DNA of 64,000 nucleotides from Bacteroidales bacterium (GCA_046482855.1 JAWOEH010000061.1:8687-72686), one strand, 5' to 3'. Positions 42,455-52,089 are shown, counted from the first letter of the stretch. Notes: a model not told the origin generated them from the letters alone. Made by a program: numbers and translations.

Positions 42455-42491
42455 AAAAAAAAAGCCTCCCCGAAGGGAGGCTTTTTTTATT
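42455..42491 (-). terminator. Rho-independent terminator after gdh paralogue 2
   Basis: GCCTCCC-CGAA-GGGAGGC is flanked by an A-run and a T-run. On the minus strand the T-run follows the stem. Confidence 0.8.
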
Positions 42492-42505
42492 TTGAATGAG
42501 TATGC

Positions 42506-43846
42506 TTATACAATACCTTGGTCGAGCATAGCATTGGCAACTTTTAAGAAGCCTGCAATGTTCGCACCTTTAGGATAGTCGATAAAGCCATCATCTTGTG
42601 TGCCATACTTCACACACGCATCATGAATGTCCTTCATAATTTGATGTAGACGCTCGTCAACTTGCTCACGTGTCCAGCCTAACTTCATGGCGTTTTGTGT
42701 CATCTCCAAACCTGAAGTGGCAACACCACCCGCATTTGAAGCTTTACCAGGAGCGTAAAGAATCTTGGCATTCTGGAATACCTCAATAGCTTCAGGAGTA
42801 CAAGGCATATTGGCACCTTCAGAAACACAAATTACACCATTGTTAATAAGTGTTTCAGCATCGTTCTTGTCTAATTCGTTTTGAATAGCACAAGGAAGAG
42901 CGATGTCTACTTTTTGTTCCCATGGACGCTTACCTGCAAAGAATTTTGCATTCGGGAAGCGTTCGGCATAAGGAGCAACAACGTCGTTGTTCGATGCACG
43001 AAGCTCGAGCATGTAGTCGAATTTCTCTTGTGAGCTGATTCCGTCTGGGTCGTAGATATATCCGTCAGGACCGGAAATACAAACAACTTTTGCACCTAAC
43101 TCGGTAGCTTTCATAGTTGCACCCCAAGCCACGTTACCGAAACCGGAAACAGATACAGTTTTGCCTTTGAAATCCCATCCTTTAGTGGCAAGCATCTCTT
43201 TGGCAAAATATACGTTACCGAAACCGGTAGCTTCAGGACGAATTAAACTACCACCCCAGTTCAAACCTTTACCCGTTAATACGCCGGTATTTTCACGGGC
43301 AAGTTTGCGATACATACCATACATGAAGCCTATTTCACGTCCGCCAACGCCAATGTCACCTGCAGGTACGTCAGTATTTGGGCCAATTAATTGCCACAAC
43401 TCAGACATAAAAGCCTGGCAGAAGCGCATAATTTCGCCATCTGATTTTCCTTTTGGGTTGAAGTCAGATCCTCCTTTACCACCACCCATAGGGAGTGTAG
43501 TAAGCGAGTTTTTGAAAATTTGCTCGAAACCTAAGAATTTCAGACCGCTTAAGTTTACACTTGGGTGAAAGCGAAGTCCACCTTTGTAAGGTCCAATCGC
43601 ATTGTTGAACTGTACACGATAGCCTAGGTTCACATGTACTTTTCCATTGTCATCGGCCCAGGGGATCTTAAAGGTAAGAATACGGTCGGGCTCAACGATA
43701 CGCTCAATGATTGAAGCGCTTTCGAATTGAGGATTGGCATTGTAAATCTCTTCAATAGATTCCAATACTTCATGAACAGCCTGTAAGTACTCTGACTCAC
43801 CAGGGTGTTTCTGCTCAAGTTGTTGCATTAACTTATCTACGTTCAT
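42506..43846 (-). CDS. gdhA: Glutamate dehydrogenase, paralogue 2
   Basis: 446 aa, colinear with paralogue 1 and by eye roughly two-thirds identical. It has the same LPMGGGKGGSDFNPKGKS motif and a dinucleotide motif SGFGNVA. Confidence 0.95.
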   Translation of the reverse strand: MNVDKLMQQLEQKHPGESEYLQAVHEVLESIEEIYNANPQFESASIIERIVEPDRILTFKIPWADDNGKVHVNLGYRVQFNNAIGPYKGGLRFHPSVNLSGLKFLGFEQIFKNSLTTLPMGGGKGGSDFNPKGKSDGEIMRFCQAFMSELWQLIGPNTDVPAGDIGVGGREIGFMYGMYRKLARENTGVLTGKGLNWGGSLIRPEATGFGNVYFAKEMLATKGWDFKGKTVSVSGFGNVAWGATMKATELGAKVVCISGPDGYIYDPDGISSQEKFDYMLELRASNNDVVAPYAERFPNAKFFAGKRPWEQKVDIALPCAIQNELDKNDAETLINNGVICVSEGANMPCTPEAIEVFQNAKILYAPGKASNAGGVATSGLEMTQNAMKLGWTREQVDERLHQIMKDIHDACVKYGTQDDGFIDYPKGANIAGFLKVANAMLDQGIV

Positions 43847-44008
43847 CTTAAGGTATTTTTTGATTGAACAATTAGTTTACCTGTTAAAACCAAGTACGAG
43901 CAAAAGTAGGGTTATAATTTCTATTACCAAAAAAATACTTGAGATTTAAATATGATTTTCAACAGCTTTTTGGAGTGGCTGTTGCTGTTGGTATTGAAAA
44001 CTCAAAAT

Positions 44009-44473
44009 CTAAGTGCTCAAGGATTTAAGTAAGGGGGTAAGTTTGCTCTCTGGCATTAGGGAAATACTGATGGGAGGGTACTTGGCCGTTCCTTTTGATG
44101 TCTGCACAAATAGAATCAAGCTCTTTCGCAATCCTCCATTTGATTTTTCTATCTTATATCCCTTCAGTTTTTTTCTTTCTACCTTAATCTCTTTACGCCC
44201 TTGCTTAAAGGGCTGAACCGAGACAAACCGGATACTTATATGTTTATTGGTTGTTTCCACTTGCAGGTAATGGATATCCCGCATTAGGTTTATGCCCGTA
44301 TATATCAAATATACGCCAATCAGGATGGTTAAAACTAAAGATTTTTGCTCTGTTATGGAGGAGGGCAGTACACCGGGTATGAGCAGCAAAGCTGCACTTA
44401 CGGCTATAATTATAAATACTACCAACCGCTGAATATTGTATTTTACAATGGCTTGCTTGTTGTCAATGGTCAT
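44009..44473 (-). CDS. Small two-TM membrane protein of unknown function
   Basis: 154 aa with two hydrophobic helices and then a basic soluble C-terminal domain. It starts 1 nt after the PRODH stop. Confidence 0.6.
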   Translation of the reverse strand: MTIDNKQAIVKYNIQRLVVFIIIAVSAALLLIPGVLPSSITEQKSLVLTILIGVYLIYTGINLMRDIHYLQVETTNKHISIRFVSVQPFKQGRKEIKVERKKLKGYKIEKSNGGLRKSLILFVQTSKGTAKYPPISISLMPESKLTPLLKSLST

Positions 44474-44474
44474 T

Positions 44475-45641
44475 TTATCGTCTCTTTCTTCGGGTGTATT
44501 CTTTTTTTAATAAGTTTAGTTCTCGAGAGGATTGCCCGGCTACGGAAGTATTTTCTTCGGCTCGCCTGAGCAGGTAGGGTAATACGTGCTTAACGGGTCC
44601 GTATGGAACATATTTCGCTACATTATATCCTGCATTTGCCAGGTTAAAGGAGATATGATCGCTCATTCCATATAGCTGCGAGAAAAAAATCCTTGGATCT
44701 TTTTTACTAATCCCCTTTTCTTTCATGAGTTGTGTCAAATATAAGGAACTTTCTTCATTATGTGTGCCATTAAATATGGAGATTCGATCCAGGTTTTCCA
44801 TCGAGAATTTTAATGCTGCATTGTAATCTTTGTCGGTTGCCTCTTTGTTGGGATGAATAGGTGAGGGATAACCCATTTTTTCCGCTCTTTCACGCTCTTT
44901 TTCCATATAGGCACCCCGAACGAATTTTGCTCCCACCTGGAAAAATTCTTTATCGGCAATGGCGTAAAGTTCTTTTAGGTAAGGCAACCTGTCCCATCGA
45001 TACATTTGGAAGGTGTTAAATACAATGGTGGCTTTGGTATTAAACTTACGCATCATCTTTAGCACTACCCGGTCGATTTCTGCTTGAAAGCTATAGTCTT
45101 CGGCATCAATTAAAATAGGAATGTTGTTGTCATATGCTTGTTGGCAAAGCTGTTCGATACGGAGGTGGAACTTTTCCAACTCTTTTTTTTCTGATGGATT
45201 TAGTTCTTTGTCGGCCGATGCTTTGGTAAGAAGATCGCTTTCGGCAAAGGCCGTTGGTTTAAATACCGCAAAAGGAATATTGGGATGATGGGCAGCGAAA
45301 TTAATAGCACGAAGTGTCTCTTTCAGGGCACTTTCAATCGCTGCAATGGAGTCGCCTCCTTCAACTGAATAATCAAGGATGGATTGTACCCCGTATTGTG
45401 CCAGGTGCTCTACGGCAGGCTTGCAATCTTCAAGGGTTTCGCCACCAACAAATTGTTTATACAAAGTGGGTTTTACTGCCCATCCAATGGGAAGATGCAG
45501 GCCCAAAGCAATTTTGGTGAATAGTTTGCTTGTTTTTACTATGGCCGGGTTACCAATGGTTTTAAAGAGATAATAGGCTCTTTTAAGTTCTTTGTTTGTT
45601 TTACTTTTAAAGGCAATTTCTGTGTTTTCAAAAGATATCAT
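44475..45641 (-). CDS. Proline dehydrogenase family protein (stand-alone PRODH)
   Basis: 388 aa TIM-barrel PRODH-like sequence (AKFVRGAYMEKER, FFSQLYGMSD, YVPYGPVKHVLPYLLRRAEEN). Confidence 0.88.
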   Translation of the reverse strand: MISFENTEIAFKSKTNKELKRAYYLFKTIGNPAIVKTSKLFTKIALGLHLPIGWAVKPTLYKQFVGGETLEDCKPAVEHLAQYGVQSILDYSVEGGDSIAAIESALKETLRAINFAAHHPNIPFAVFKPTAFAESDLLTKASADKELNPSEKKELEKFHLRIEQLCQQAYDNNIPILIDAEDYSFQAEIDRVVLKMMRKFNTKATIVFNTFQMYRWDRLPYLKELYAIADKEFFQVGAKFVRGAYMEKERERAEKMGYPSPIHPNKEATDKDYNAALKFSMENLDRISIFNGTHNEESSLYLTQLMKEKGISKKDPRIFFSQLYGMSDHISFNLANAGYNVAKYVPYGPVKHVLPYLLRRAEENTSVAGQSSRELNLLKKEYTRRKRR

Positions 45642-45708
45642 ATATTTTGTGTTTAGCGTGAATAGGGTTTGTACGGTTATCTATGCGCAATATTTTCCAA
45701 TAAATGGT

Positions 45709-45716
45709 TACATTTG
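45709..45716 (+). promoter_or_regulatory. Candidate -7 promoter box (TAnnTTTG) for aroB-aroA
   Basis: TACATTTG lies 17 nt upstream of the aroB ATG. Confidence 0.4.
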
Positions 45717-45733
45717 TATAAAACCTGCCCGTT

Positions 45734-46807
45734 ATGTTTATAAAATCAGGATGTTCTGAGATCTATCTGGCTCCGGTAAACCAAATTATTGAACGTAAGT
45801 TTGGTCATTTGTCAAACAAACAATTGTTTGTTTTGGTTGATTCGAATACCAAAAAACATTGCTTGCCCTTGTTGCAAAATTGCGCAATCCTTCATCAGGC
45901 AAGGCTTATTGAGATGCAGGCCGGTGAAGAGGCAAAGTCAATCGCTACGGTTAGTGAGGTTTGGCGAGCTTTGACCCAGGCTAATGCCGACCGGGGAAGT
46001 GTGCTTATCAACTTAGGGGGTGGTGTTGTGGGAGATTTGGGTGGTTTTGCTGCAAGTTGTTACAAACGGGGGATTCATTTTATTCAGATCCCGACTACCT
46101 TGTTGTCCATGGTTGATGCTTCCATAGGAGGTAAAACCGGCGTGAATTTTGAAGGTCTGAAAAATCAGGTGGGCGTTTTCTGTCAGCCGATGGCTGTTAT
46201 TGTTGATCCGGCTTTCTTGCGCACCCTTGACAAGCGGCAATTGCTATCAGGTTGGGCCGAAATGATTAAACATGCATTGCTGCAGGGACCGGATGATTTC
46301 TTTTATTTGAAAGAAAAGACACCACAACAGTTATCGTTTAAAGAGTTGAGCTCACTTATTGCACGTAGTATAAAAATTAAGCAGCAAGTAGTGGAGGAAG
46401 ATCCTACAGAGAACGGTCGGCGTAAAATCCTGAATCTTGGACACACTGTCGGACACGCTCTGGAGAGCATAAGCCTGCAATCCTCCACTCCCGTCTTGCA
46501 TGGCGAAGCCGTTGCTTATGGATTGGCTATTGAACTTCTGATAGCACATAAAGTACTAAAACTAAATAGTTCATACGTTCAAGAGGTGGTTGGCTATATT
46601 CTGTCACTTTATCGGCTTCCTTTCGAAAGCTTTCCCAAGGAGGCATTGCTCAAATTGATGCAACACGATAAAAAAAATGCGCACGGCAACTTGTTGTTTG
46701 TCCTGCTTGATGAGTATGCGCTTCCAAAATATGATGTTAAAGTGCTGCCTCCTGTTGTTGAGCAGGCTGTGGAGGAGTTTTCTCAAATGTTCCGTCGTTT
46801 TTCATAA
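45734..46807 (+). CDS. aroB: 3-dehydroquinate synthase
   Basis: 357 aa with the NAD-binding motif GGGVVGDLGGFAA and metal-binding His residues (LNLGHTVGHALE, HGEAVAYG). Confidence 0.93.
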   Translation: MFIKSGCSEIYLAPVNQIIERKFGHLSNKQLFVLVDSNTKKHCLPLLQNCAILHQARLIEMQAGEEAKSIATVSEVWRALTQANADRGSVLINLGGGVVGDLGGFAASCYKRGIHFIQIPTTLLSMVDASIGGKTGVNFEGLKNQVGVFCQPMAVIVDPAFLRTLDKRQLLSGWAEMIKHALLQGPDDFFYLKEKTPQQLSFKELSSLIARSIKIKQQVVEEDPTENGRRKILNLGHTVGHALESISLQSSTPVLHGEAVAYGLAIELLIAHKVLKLNSSYVQEVVGYILSLYRLPFESFPKEALLKLMQHDKKNAHGNLLFVLLDEYALPKYDVKVLPPVVEQAVEEFSQMFRRFS

Positions 46808-46816
46808 TTAACTTTT

Positions 46817-48052
46817 ATGGCAACAAAAATTTTTCCCCCAACAAAGTGGCAACAAAATGTAATTGATCTTCCCACGTCTAAAAGTATAAGCAATCGGTTG
46901 CTTATTATTCAATACTTGTGCAAAGAACCTTTTGACATTGAGTGCCTTTCGGAGAGTGACGATACGCAGGTTTTGGCGCAGGCATTGGCGAATATTGAAA
47001 ACACCACTATTGATGTAGGACATGCCGGAACCGCTATGCGCTTTTTAACGGCATTACTGTCCGTGACTCCCGGGACACATCTGTTAACCGGATCAGCAAG
47101 AATGCAAAAGCGTCCCCTTGATCCTTTGGTATTGGCGCTACAAGCCTTGGGGGCTACTATACATTTTGAGAACCAGACAGGATTTCCTCCCGTGCGCATT
47201 GAGGGTAAACCTTTGATAGGAGGGCGTGTGAAGATGCCGGCGAATGTGAGTAGCCAATTTTTGTCAGCTCTTATGCTTGTGGGACCTACTATGTCCGAAG
47301 GTTTAATTATTGAACTTACGGGGGACCTGACTTCTCAGGACTACTTGAAGATGACAGCTGAACTTATGCGACAGCATGGGGTTCAGGTACAATTTTCCAA
47401 TTCCCTTATTCGTGTGGCTCCCGGTGCGTATCAACCAAAATCTCAGAGGGTGGAAGCGGACTGGTCTGCAGCCAGCTATTGGTACCAAATGGTAGCCCTT
47501 GGAAAGACCGAAGGTTTAACTTTAACAGGGCTATATGAGCGGAGTCTGCAAGGCGATAGAAAGGTGGCAACTCTTTTTGAAGGACTCGGGGTGTCTTCTT
47601 TCTTTTCGGCCGAGGGGGTGCGTCTTAAGAAGGTCGCAAAGTCTGTCATGGGAGAATTTCGTTATGACTATTCGCATCAGCCGGATTTGGCACAAACCTT
47701 TGCCGTGACATTGTGTGCCCTTGGCATCCCTTATATTCTTAGTGGCTTGCATACTCTTTATATAAAGGAAACCGACCGTATTCAAGCGCTGGTTAGCGAG
47801 CTGATGAAATTCGGCTATGCACTGGAAGATGAAATTCCTGGTACCCTTAGTTGGGATGGGAGGCAGTTCGAGGTTACTCAACAAGAGGTGTTCGTGGCTA
47901 CTTATGAGGATCACCGGATGGCAATGGCCTTTGCTCCTTTGTCTCTGATTTATCCCGGGCTGGTAATTATGTCGCCTGGTGTTGTTAGTAAGTCCTATCC
48001 GCACTTTTGGGATGATTTGTTAAAAGTAGGTTTTCGTTTAAAGCGGATTTAA
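46817..48052 (+). CDS. aroA: 3-phosphoshikimate 1-carboxyvinyltransferase (EPSP synthase)
   Basis: 411 aa with KSISNRLLI, GHAGTAMRFL, RMQKRPL and DHRMAMAFA motifs. Confidence 0.94.
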   Translation: MATKIFPPTKWQQNVIDLPTSKSISNRLLIIQYLCKEPFDIECLSESDDTQVLAQALANIENTTIDVGHAGTAMRFLTALLSVTPGTHLLTGSARMQKRPLDPLVLALQALGATIHFENQTGFPPVRIEGKPLIGGRVKMPANVSSQFLSALMLVGPTMSEGLIIELTGDLTSQDYLKMTAELMRQHGVQVQFSNSLIRVAPGAYQPKSQRVEADWSAASYWYQMVALGKTEGLTLTGLYERSLQGDRKVATLFEGLGVSSFFSAEGVRLKKVAKSVMGEFRYDYSHQPDLAQTFAVTLCALGIPYILSGLHTLYIKETDRIQALVSELMKFGYALEDEIPGTLSWDGRQFEVTQQEVFVATYEDHRMAMAFAPLSLIYPGLVIMSPGVVSKSYPHFWDDLLKVGFRLKRI

Positions 48053-48177
48053 ACACTGCTGTTTCGCTTATATTTCTTATTCCGATATAGCCCCAGTTGT
48101 AAATAACATTGACTTAGGGCATAAGGGGTTATGCTACATGTGCATAATGCCTATTAGCTGGTTTAGCAAATGGGTTG

Positions 48178-48233
48178 CCGGAATATATAAAACCACCAAA
48201 ACATGCATGCTTTGGTGGTTTTATATATTCCGG
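48178..48233. terminator. Perfect 23-bp inverted repeat, probable bidirectional terminator
   Basis: CCGGAATATATAAAACCACCAAA (48178-48200) and TTTGGTGGTTTTATATATTCCGG (48211-48233) flank the loop ACATGCATGC. The GC-containing inner stem is flanked by A/T-rich outer arms that could act as U-tracts in either direction. It lies between convergent aroA and a lipoprotein gene. Confidence 0.6.
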
Positions 48234-48247
48234 CTAATTGCTGACCC

Positions 48248-50062
48248 TTATTCCTGCTTAAACAGTACCTCCTGATGTTGGGGGTGTAGCCAAGTTTTTA
48301 TTAAAGATCTGAAAGCTTCGTAGTGTTCTGGTAAAACAGTTGTTTGTGCAAGCTTCAGTTTCTTGACAATATGCAGGGTGTTGCCTTTCTGCGAAAAGAT
48401 GATGGTTACTTCGCCTGCATCATTAGCAATTTCTACAGGCTTTGGTAAGGCCAACCATTTCATATTAGGGGTAAGTTCAAGTTCAAAATCGTAGGATTCA
48501 GTTACCCCTGTTTCTATTGCAAAAGGAGTTGTACGGCTGTCATTCAGTCCCTTCAGGTGCATTGCATTGAATCCCTTTGGGAATGTGGGAAGTGTTAGTG
48601 TATACACATCGCCTGTTTGATGGATGGGAGCTTCTTTGTTGATGGCTACAGTGCCAGTTACCTGATGTTTTGTTTTGGAAGCCTCTACCTCCTCTATAGT
48701 GCTTTCCTTTCCAAAGGGCGCTAATCGTTTGCTTCCATAGTTCGTATCGGCATATAAGTTCCAGGCATTTACTGCTATGCCCGAGTAGCTTAGTTGCTGT
48801 GTTCCTTTTGCTTGTAAATTCTTGTCAATTGTTACCTTGCTGACCATTTTCAGGCTTTTGTGTACTTTATCTGGTTCTAATTCCTGCAATTTTCCTGTTG
48901 TCAGATTGATCAGTGGCATTTGTTCTACCACCTCTTTTTCTATGGTGCCAGGATGGGTTGTTGACAGATAGAATCGTTGATTCTCATGATTTATCTGAAC
49001 ATATGCATGCCCCAGATTTTCGAAATTACCAACAGGTTCCTGGCCAATTTTTTGGTAGCTGTATACTGGTGTTGCATCAATGTTGTGCAGTTGTAATATT
49101 TCTGCCATTATTAATGCTTTCTCCCTGGGTGTAGCCCCATTATCTTTCCATATTTCAGCACCCTTACGGACTTTGTACCCGGTATATTCCATAGGAATGT
49201 TAAAGGTATTCATTTCCGAAATAAACATGCGTTGTAATGCTTCTGCCTTATCATAGGGGGACATGCCCGCTGTGAAAGCCACTTCAATAGCTGCCTTCAT
49301 GTTGTCTGATAAACCTGGCTGTTGTTCAGCCAGCCATTGCATTGCCTCTTCCACATTGGCTGTGCTTACTGAAAGTTGAGGAATGTGCACTTTATCATGG
49401 GGTTGATGAGGTTCGCCTGAAAGTGCAGGGAGGTTGGAGAATTGCCATTTGAAAATTCGGTAATCCCCTTTTGTGCTTACCAGTGGAATCTTATCCAGGT
49501 GCGACAAGTTGTAGTGAAGTTCCTCTTCAATGGGGATCTTAATTATTATAGAGTAATCTTCAATGGGTGATTCTTTTTGCAGTTCTATCTTTTTCATCAA
49601 GAAGGGTAGAAAGTCTTTTTGCGTTTCTACTTTGTACTGGAAATCAATAGTCGATTCGGGTTCCAAGCCGATGTGTGTTACTACTAGTTCCCGCAAATGA
49701 TTGTAGGGTGGAGCGCCTGCAGCAAAACGGGGCAGTACCTCGTTGTAGGCATTCTCGGGTGACACAACAGTTTTCCCGTCGGCCATGGTTGTTTCGCTTT
49801 TTAGTACTTCTACCTGCTGAGTTTTGGGATGAAAAACGATAAAGCTTTCACCATGAAGGCGGTTAAAGGCATAAAAACTTTTCAGTTTTAATTGGTGCTG
49901 GTACTCCTTGGTTAGCGAGCCATTGGGATGAAGGGTGTATGTTTCTGTGATGCTTTTATAAACTGCATCGGCATTGGGATCTTCCTTTGTAGGAGAGGTG
50001 CAGGAACTAATAATGGCCGCACCTATAAGAAGAAGAATATATTTTTGAATTGTGTATTTCAT
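48248..50062 (-). CDS. DUF3857/transglutaminase-like lipoprotein, apparently lacking the catalytic Cys and Asp
   Basis: 604 aa with a lipoprotein signal (LLLIGAAIISSC). The segment GATPREKALIMAEILQLHNIDA aligns with the GVCKDKAGILIAMLRTAGFES core of its neighbour but contains no Cys. The His is kept (GHAYVQI). The Asp position reads YLSTT instead of LLDPT. Confidence 0.75.
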   Translation of the reverse strand: MKYTIQKYILLLIGAAIISSCTSPTKEDPNADAVYKSITETYTLHPNGSLTKEYQHQLKLKSFYAFNRLHGESFIVFHPKTQQVEVLKSETTMADGKTVVSPENAYNEVLPRFAAGAPPYNHLRELVVTHIGLEPESTIDFQYKVETQKDFLPFLMKKIELQKESPIEDYSIIIKIPIEEELHYNLSHLDKIPLVSTKGDYRIFKWQFSNLPALSGEPHQPHDKVHIPQLSVSTANVEEAMQWLAEQQPGLSDNMKAAIEVAFTAGMSPYDKAEALQRMFISEMNTFNIPMEYTGYKVRKGAEIWKDNGATPREKALIMAEILQLHNIDATPVYSYQKIGQEPVGNFENLGHAYVQINHENQRFYLSTTHPGTIEKEVVEQMPLINLTTGKLQELEPDKVHKSLKMVSKVTIDKNLQAKGTQQLSYSGIAVNAWNLYADTNYGSKRLAPFGKESTIEEVEASKTKHQVTGTVAINKEAPIHQTGDVYTLTLPTFPKGFNAMHLKGLNDSRTTPFAIETGVTESYDFELELTPNMKWLALPKPVEIANDAGEVTIIFSQKGNTLHIVKKLKLAQTTVLPEHYEAFRSLIKTWLHPQHQEVLFKQE

Positions 50063-50133
50063 TGGGTTTTGTTTTTAAAAGTTACCAATTACAGGTACAT
50101 ACATCCGGAAGTCGATCTTCCTGATGTATTGTT

Positions 50134-52089
50134 CTATAGATTGTTTAATATCACCTTTTGTTCTGCCATTTTTTTCTGTTGGGCTACTGCTTTTCGGTAG
50201 TTATCCCATTCGTTGGCCTCGAAAACACGTTTTTTGATCTTAATTGATTCGTACACTTTCAGTTGATTTCCCTCAAGGGTATAGTTGCCCTCAAATGAAG
50301 CGGCGCTACCATCGACATTCTCCGTTTTTGGAGCATAGTGTATTTCCATGTTTTGAGGAAGCTGAATGGTTTCTTCCAATTCTACCCATCGGCTGCAACC
50401 ATCGTGAAAGGCATATTTTCGGTTTTTCTTGGCGGTATTGAAGTTCAGGTGATATTGTGCACGCTTTAGCAGATTGGAAGCCACTACTGGCGTGAAGGCA
50501 ATTTCCTGGTCACTTGTCCAGGCAAATTGCGGAATTTCATAAACAACTTCAATTTTCATGGGGCCTTCCATGTGTCCGTATGGATCAGTATAGGTAATTT
50601 TAGTAATGTTCATATTTGGGAAGATCTGCAAAAATTCCTGACGAATATTTTGATCCCAGTTTTTCTTATATGAGCGAGTAAAGATTCCGCGTAATGAAGC
50701 GTCTGATTGTCCTTCAGCATCTATCACCAAGGAGCCTTTCAGAGTTCCATCGGGGAGTATTTCTGATTTTCCCTTGATTTTCAGGTAATGATTTTCCGGT
50801 GGCGAAACATCCGTTATCATCAGATCGGCACCATCGGGTAATCCCATCAGGTAATTTTGCTGCTGTTCGCGGCTGGACCATTCCTCACGAACAAAAGGAA
50901 TCCAGGTAGGATCCAATAGTTTGTACTCGCCATTGCGCAGTTTAACAACGGTAATGCTGTGGTTAAACTGGTCGGCAGGGATGTCCTCGATGCGAGAACC
51001 TGCCATTGTCATGGCTGCATACGATTCGAATCCGGCAGTACGGAGCATAGCAATAAGAATACCGGCTTTATCTTTACACACACCACATCGATCGCGGAAG
51101 GTCATCTCTGCTTTATGCAAAGTGTACCCTTCGCCCTCGCCCATTGATAAGCCTGAGTAGCGAATATAATCTGCTACCCAATGATTCAGGATAGAGATAG
51201 AGTCCAGCTCGTTTTTTGCATCTTTTAGGAGTTCGTCTACTTTCGCATCCAGTTCGGGAGTCGATTCGAAGCTGCCAAAATCCTCGTTCACGCCATAAAA
51301 CCACATGGATTTGGCTTCCCAGTCGGGACTTGTTGACATGAGCAGTTTTGGAGCCACGTTGGACATGGCTACCATGTGGGGTTCGCGTGGCAGGGGGGCA
51401 ATATTCCATTTTGTGAAGGTATATTTTACTTTTTCGGGAGTATAAGTCTTTTGCGATTTTATGTAGCCGTTGTATATTTTAAACTGTAAGTCCTTACTTT
51501 TTGGGACTTGCACCTGATATACTTTTGTTTTTATCGGCTGGTCGTTCCAAAAGGGTACAATATCGTAAAAATGCCCGCGCATTGGAGGAATATATCTTGA
51601 GTCGTCGGGTTCGTCTTGCTGCAACAGGGCATAGGTGAATCCTTTTTTGAACCAGAATATTTCAATAGCATCACCAGGCTCCAAATGGCCAAAATTTATC
51701 ATCTTTTTTCGGGCCCCCCAATAAATCATACGTGCCGGGGCAGGATAGTCGTAAAAGTTATCGGCCGAAATCTCTTCAATAGTACCGTCGGCACGGTAAA
51801 TACGTGCTTTTTTTATGTCGATATGTGCCGAAAGGGGATCGTAGTCGAAGGTTAAGTGATTTAGCTTTCGGGCTCCTTCCTTTGTGAAGATCTTTATGAG
51901 CGAATGCATGTTGTTGTAGCTTAGGCCTGACTCCTGAACATCCACTTGTGTGCTGTCAAAAAGGACCAGGTAATCGGCGTTTGGGTAATCGGCTGCCGAG
52001 CCTGCCTTTTGTATGTAGGCGTGCGGCACTGCCAGAACCCATAGGGAGGTGCATAGCAGAATGAGGGTTAGGAAAATTTTGTTTTTCAT
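50134..52089 (-). CDS. DUF3857 plus transglutaminase-like domain protein (intact Cys-His-Asp)
   Basis: 651 aa with a signal peptide. The transglutaminase core is RCGVCKDKAGILIAMLRTAGF (Cys), FNHSITVV (His) and KLLDPTW (Asp). Confidence 0.82.
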   Translation of the reverse strand: MKNKIFLTLILLCTSLWVLAVPHAYIQKAGSAADYPNADYLVLFDSTQVDVQESGLSYNNMHSLIKIFTKEGARKLNHLTFDYDPLSAHIDIKKARIYRADGTIEEISADNFYDYPAPARMIYWGARKKMINFGHLEPGDAIEIFWFKKGFTYALLQQDEPDDSRYIPPMRGHFYDIVPFWNDQPIKTKVYQVQVPKSKDLQFKIYNGYIKSQKTYTPEKVKYTFTKWNIAPLPREPHMVAMSNVAPKLLMSTSPDWEAKSMWFYGVNEDFGSFESTPELDAKVDELLKDAKNELDSISILNHWVADYIRYSGLSMGEGEGYTLHKAEMTFRDRCGVCKDKAGILIAMLRTAGFESYAAMTMAGSRIEDIPADQFNHSITVVKLRNGEYKLLDPTWIPFVREEWSSREQQQNYLMGLPDGADLMITDVSPPENHYLKIKGKSEILPDGTLKGSLVIDAEGQSDASLRGIFTRSYKKNWDQNIRQEFLQIFPNMNITKITYTDPYGHMEGPMKIEVVYEIPQFAWTSDQEIAFTPVVASNLLKRAQYHLNFNTAKKNRKYAFHDGCSRWVELEETIQLPQNMEIHYAPKTENVDGSAASFEGNYTLEGNQLKVYESIKIKKRVFEANEWDNYRKAVAQQKKMAEQKVILNNL

